From a virus, in the IMG/VR virus record IMGVR_UViG_3300033148_008025, positions 57,455-121,454 of that record: a DNA stretch of 64,000 bases. One strand, given 5' to 3'. Made by a program: the position numbers and the translations under genes. Below, in pieces: positions 61,005 through 64,000 of this stretch. The first letter of the stretch is position 1. Each line of letters starts with the position of its first letter. Under the pieces are notes generated by a model. The model saw nothing but the letters and a program-made list of their open reading frames with translations. It was not told the DNA's origin and searched no databases.

Positions 61005-61424
61005 ATGGATTCACTGAAATCTGTATACAACGCCATCACAGAGCAAGACTTCGAGAAAGCTGCTCAGGCTGAGGTTGTTGAGCATTACGGCCAATCATTC
61101 GCAGAGGCCGACCCCGAAATGCTCAAGCAAGCTGCTGACTACGACTACATCGGACGCATTGTTGCCCACAATGTTTTCTCCGATCTCATCAAAGAAGCAA
61201 TGGATGAGGCTATGCCTGATGCTTCCGAAGACGAGAAGAAGAAGGAAGCCGATAAAGTCATCGCAAAAGCAAAGGGCGAAGCCCCTGCTGAAGATGAAAA
61301 AAAGGACAAGAAGGACGAAAAAGAGGAGGAGTCTGAGAAGACTGCTGCTTATCGTCAAGCCGTCCTTGAGCGAATGTACTCAGATCCTGGGTATGTTCAG
61401 GCGCTCATCGCCAAGCATTACTAG
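61005..61424 (+). CDS. Scaffold-like paralogue 3
   Basis: 139 aa; AAAGGAG RBS; SLKSVYNAIT...FEKAA...KQAADYDYIGRIVAHNVFSDLIKEA. Confidence 0.75.
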   Translation: MDSLKSVYNAITEQDFEKAAQAEVVEHYGQSFAEADPEMLKQAADYDYIGRIVAHNVFSDLIKEAMDEAMPDASEDEKKKEADKVIAKAKGEAPAEDEKKDKKDEKEEESEKTAAYRQAVLERMYSDPGYVQALIAKHY

Positions 61425-61447
61425 AAGTCACTTCTCACCTCGAGGTT

Positions 61448-61888
61448 ATGATGGGTTATTCTCTTGATGAGCTTCTTGATGCCACCGGCATTAACGAGCT
61501 CGACGGATCACAACTGCGAAAAACCGCTGCTTCCAGTGAGCAGTGTGATTTTTCAAAACTTGCCGAACGCTGCCGGGAGGCAGCTGATGCAACTCCTTCT
61601 GAAGTTGAGCAATCAGACCACAGGGAGCTTGTTGAAAAAACTGCAGCCATTGCCGTCATCGAGAAAACCCTCTCAGAGATTGGCTCTATTGTGGGTGCTC
61701 CACTCCAGAAGACTGCTGCCGCCAGAAAAACAGGTTTTGGCCGGGCAGCGTTCATCAAATCGGCGCTTGAAGCTGGGCACGACCCGGAGAACATTGCAAA
61801 GTTCCTAGAGAAGAAAAAAAAGGACGAGGAAGAGGAGGAAGAAGAAAAGGCTTCTAAGAAGAAGACTTCCTCCTCGATCGTTTCCTAG
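61448..61888 (+). CDS. Scaffold/internal head protein
   Basis: 146 aa; KTAA x3, KLAE; charged C-terminus. Confidence 0.7.
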   Translation: MMGYSLDELLDATGINELDGSQLRKTAASSEQCDFSKLAERCREAADATPSEVEQSDHRELVEKTAAIAVIEKTLSEIGSIVGAPLQKTAAARKTGFGRAAFIKSALEAGHDPENIAKFLEKKKKDEEEEEEEKASKKKTSSSIVS

Positions 61889-61966
61889 CTTTTCTGGGAA
61901 AGTTTTATTTTTTTTGACGCCAAGTTGACGTTATGCCGGCCAAGCGTACGATGGGACAAAGACAAC

Positions 61967-62284
61967 ATGTCTAACAAAACCACAAAAAGTGCAAGCCAAC
62001 ACGGTGAGCTTTTAAAGGAAGCCGCTGCTGCACTCGATGTTGCGCAAAAACGTGACGATGCCGTCAAGCTCGCATTCGAGATGGTCGAACGCGGAAAAAT
62101 CCCAACATTCCAAGACCACAGTCAGTTCATGGATAAAGTTGCAGAACTGATGTCCAAAGACCTGAGAGTGGTTGAAGAAGCCCTTGAAATGGATTCCTCC
62201 ATGGCCGATTTTGGCAAGGTTGCGTCCGAAGGTGGGACTCCCACCGATGCCCATTCGACCTTCTTTCACAATTTGGCCGACTAA
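61967..62284 (+). CDS. Small scaffold/internal head protein
   Basis: 105 aa from ATG 61967; KSAS, KEAA, KVAE, KVAS. Confidence 0.7.
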   Translation: MSNKTTKSASQHGELLKEAAAALDVAQKRDDAVKLAFEMVERGKIPTFQDHSQFMDKVAELMSKDLRVVEEALEMDSSMADFGKVASEGGTPTDAHSTFFHNLAD

Positions 62285-62306
62285 CCGTTCTTGAAGGAGA
62301 ACAAAT

Positions 62307-62819
62307 ATGACATTCCCAGTACCCAAAGATGTTCGCGGAACCCGCAATTTCGAAATTATTCTCGGAACAGACGAAATGCTCCGCCAGTCCAAGGGCCTCT
62401 CCGATGAGGCTGCAGACGTTGACCAAGGTGAGTGGATGAAACCATTTGCCAGTGATGGCACCAAAGTCGCAAAAATCGTTGTTGCAGACGACATTGATGC
62501 TCCAGCCCTTGGCGCAAAAGCTTCGTGGACCGCATATCGCCAAAACGACCTAAGTAATGGACAAACCGATGCCCTTGCAACAAAGTCTTGCGATGTCCTA
62601 TCTGGTAACTACCAGGCAAAGACAAAGCTCTACAATACTGGCTCAGGCGTCCTGGACCCAGGCAATTTGCTTGTAGCAGTATTTGACGCAACCCTCGACG
62701 GCGGACACCTCGACGCTGTCAACCCAGCCACCGCAACCGTTCGCCAGCTTCAAGCCGTAGTTGGACGCATCATCGATGTTGCCAATGGTCAACTCCACTA
62801 CGAGGCCCCTGGACTCTAG
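62307..62819 (+). CDS. Head decoration / capsid cement protein
   Basis: 170 aa directly before the MCP; AAGGAG RBS; size, position and beta-rich composition typical of lambda gpD-like decoration genes. Confidence 0.6.
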   Translation: MTFPVPKDVRGTRNFEIILGTDEMLRQSKGLSDEAADVDQGEWMKPFASDGTKVAKIVVADDIDAPALGAKASWTAYRQNDLSNGQTDALATKSCDVLSGNYQAKTKLYNTGSGVLDPGNLLVAVFDATLDGGHLDAVNPATATVRQLQAVVGRIIDVANGQLHYEAPGL

Positions 62820-62866
62820 CCTCTAGCTAGAATTCACCCAGCCAAGCCCTTCACAGGAGAAAAGAC

Positions 62867-63760
62867 ATGGAACAAATCGACGCAGGTACCTTCAACAATC
62901 TCTTCATCACAAAGCTCGACACGGCCGATGGCCTCGAGAAAGCTGCCCAAGCCGGCGGTGCTTTCGTTCGCGAGCGTTTGCGAGAAGTCTCATTTGCTCG
63001 CAGCATCGTGCCCCCCGAGTATCTCACCAAGGCCGACTGCCAGCGCTCTGTCAATCATGACACGCTGGTCAAAATCGTGGACATCGAGCCGCAGTCCAGT
63101 GCTGCTGCTGTCAACTTCCGCGGAAAAGCCTACGAGCGATACATCGAGGGTGATCGCTACGAGATCCCATTCTTCAAGATTGAATCAGAGAAGTTCAAGA
63201 AGAATGAGGCTGAGCTCTTGGCCTACGACTTCCCCGTCACCAAGGTGATTGAGGAGAACTCGGTCAAGGACATCCAGAAGATCGAGGACGGAAAGTTCAT
63301 CGAGTTCACGGACGCAGTCATCGCTGCCAACGGCAAAGACATTGCCCCTGCTGCTGCAGGTCCAGCAACGTCTGAGAATCTTGTGAGGCTATTCAAGGCT
63401 CTTGATACTGACGAACTTGCCGTCGGTACCATCTTGATGCACAAGTCCGACTGGGACGACTTCATGACCCAGGACGGTGCCGTCATCGGTTCACCACTGG
63501 CTTCGGAAATCCTGGTCAACGGCTACAAGTACAACACCATTCTTGGTCACAAACTTGTCGTCACCATCAAGTCGTCCATTGTTCCCCCAGGAACGATGTA
63601 TGTCTTCACGGACCCCAAGTATCTCGGAAACTTCTACATCCTCAACGATACGAAGTTCTACATCGAGAAGCGCGGCGACATGGTCAGCTGGCAGACTTGG
63701 GAGTACATCGGAATGGGATACGGAAACCTCCGTGCCTGCGCCAAGATGACTCTTACCTAG
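62867..63760 (+). CDS. Major capsid protein (HK97 fold)
   Basis: 297 aa; AGGAG RBS; strong C-ending codon bias; RERLREVSFARSIVPP, KDIQKIEDGKFI, TILGHKLVVT...VPPGTMYV patterns; follows protease/scaffold/decoration genes. Confidence 0.85.
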   Translation: MEQIDAGTFNNLFITKLDTADGLEKAAQAGGAFVRERLREVSFARSIVPPEYLTKADCQRSVNHDTLVKIVDIEPQSSAAAVNFRGKAYERYIEGDRYEIPFFKIESEKFKKNEAELLAYDFPVTKVIEENSVKDIQKIEDGKFIEFTDAVIAANGKDIAPAAAGPATSENLVRLFKALDTDELAVGTILMHKSDWDDFMTQDGAVIGSPLASEILVNGYKYNTILGHKLVVTIKSSIVPPGTMYVFTDPKYLGNFYILNDTKFYIEKRGDMVSWQTWEYIGMGYGNLRACAKMTLT

Positions 63761-63774
63761 TCACAGGCTAGGCC

Positions 63775-63804
63775 TTGACCTAGACTCGACCTAGGGCGTA
63801 CCGT
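63775..63804 (+). promoter_or_regulatory. Sigma70-like promoter TTGACC-N18-TACCGT, possibly leaderless
   Basis: ATG lies 7 nt after the -10 hexamer and no RBS is evident. Confidence 0.45.
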
Positions 63805-63811
63805 TTCACTC

Positions 63812-64000
63812 ATGAAATATAGAGCCACAAATACTTCCCCGTCCTGCAAAAAAGGCGCTCACGCCATCTTCTTTACGGAGGTGGGGAAGTTGTTAAAGCC
63901 CGGTGAGGTCCTCCTTGCCAATAAGCTTGATCCGGACAAGTTTCAAAAAGCTGAACTCGGTATCCTGAAAATCGAAGAAGGTGCATTTGTCAAAGTAGAA
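63812..64000 (+). CDS. Partial gene after the MCP (runs off the window)
   Basis: Open frame of 63 codons, MKYRATNTSPSCKKGAHAIFF... Confidence 0.6.
   Translation, partial: MKYRATNTSPSCKKGAHAIFFTEVGKLLKPGEVLLANKLDPDKFQKAELGILKIEEGAFVKVE

Noticed and set aside
61889-61915. CTTTTC-TGG-GAAAG plus T-run as a terminator
   Set aside because: Weak bulged stem; the T-run merges with a TTGACG element, so function cannot be assigned.
1-64000. Stop-codon reassignment (alternative genetic code)
   Set aside because: TAA, TAG and TGA all terminate genes at tight junctions, and long genes such as RNAP, terL and portal are uninterrupted under code 11.

Overview
The window is a 64-kb slice of a large tailed (contractile-tail, myovirus-like) bacteriophage genome, ~50% GC, standard genetic code, almost fully coding and mostly on the + strand. 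It carries the end of a probable tape-measure gene, baseplate hub/wedge and tail-fibre genes (1-21.6 kb), head-associated genes, portal and lysis membrane genes (22-29.5 kb), a 2076-aa single-chain beta-beta' RNA polymerase of the cellular two-barrel type (30.1-36.3 kb), ssb, a displaced baseplate spike, terminase, accessory virion genes, and a long head-assembly cluster ending in prohead protease, scaffold-like paralogues, decoration protein and an HK97-type major capsid protein (52-64 kb). A sigma70-family gene sits inside the baseplate operon. Five small minus-strand islands interrupt the + strand operons, each preceded by a GGYAWAAG motif. The most striking unexplained pattern is a short shared peptide, (G/S)F-x-D-E-L-x-K-x-A, at or near the N-terminus of many otherwise unrelated proteins, with dense K-x-A(S/A/G) motifs in head-cluster proteins. 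I interpret this as a capsid-targeting tag plus prohead-protease cleavage code for a large cargo set (zincin proteases, Gly-rich membrane-helix proteins, possibly the sigma factor). A 50-nt tRNA-minihelix-like element lies at 51357-51406 (-). No tRNA genes, rRNA, CRISPR array, integrase or transposase were recognised. All protein calls come from motif recognition by eye, not database searches.
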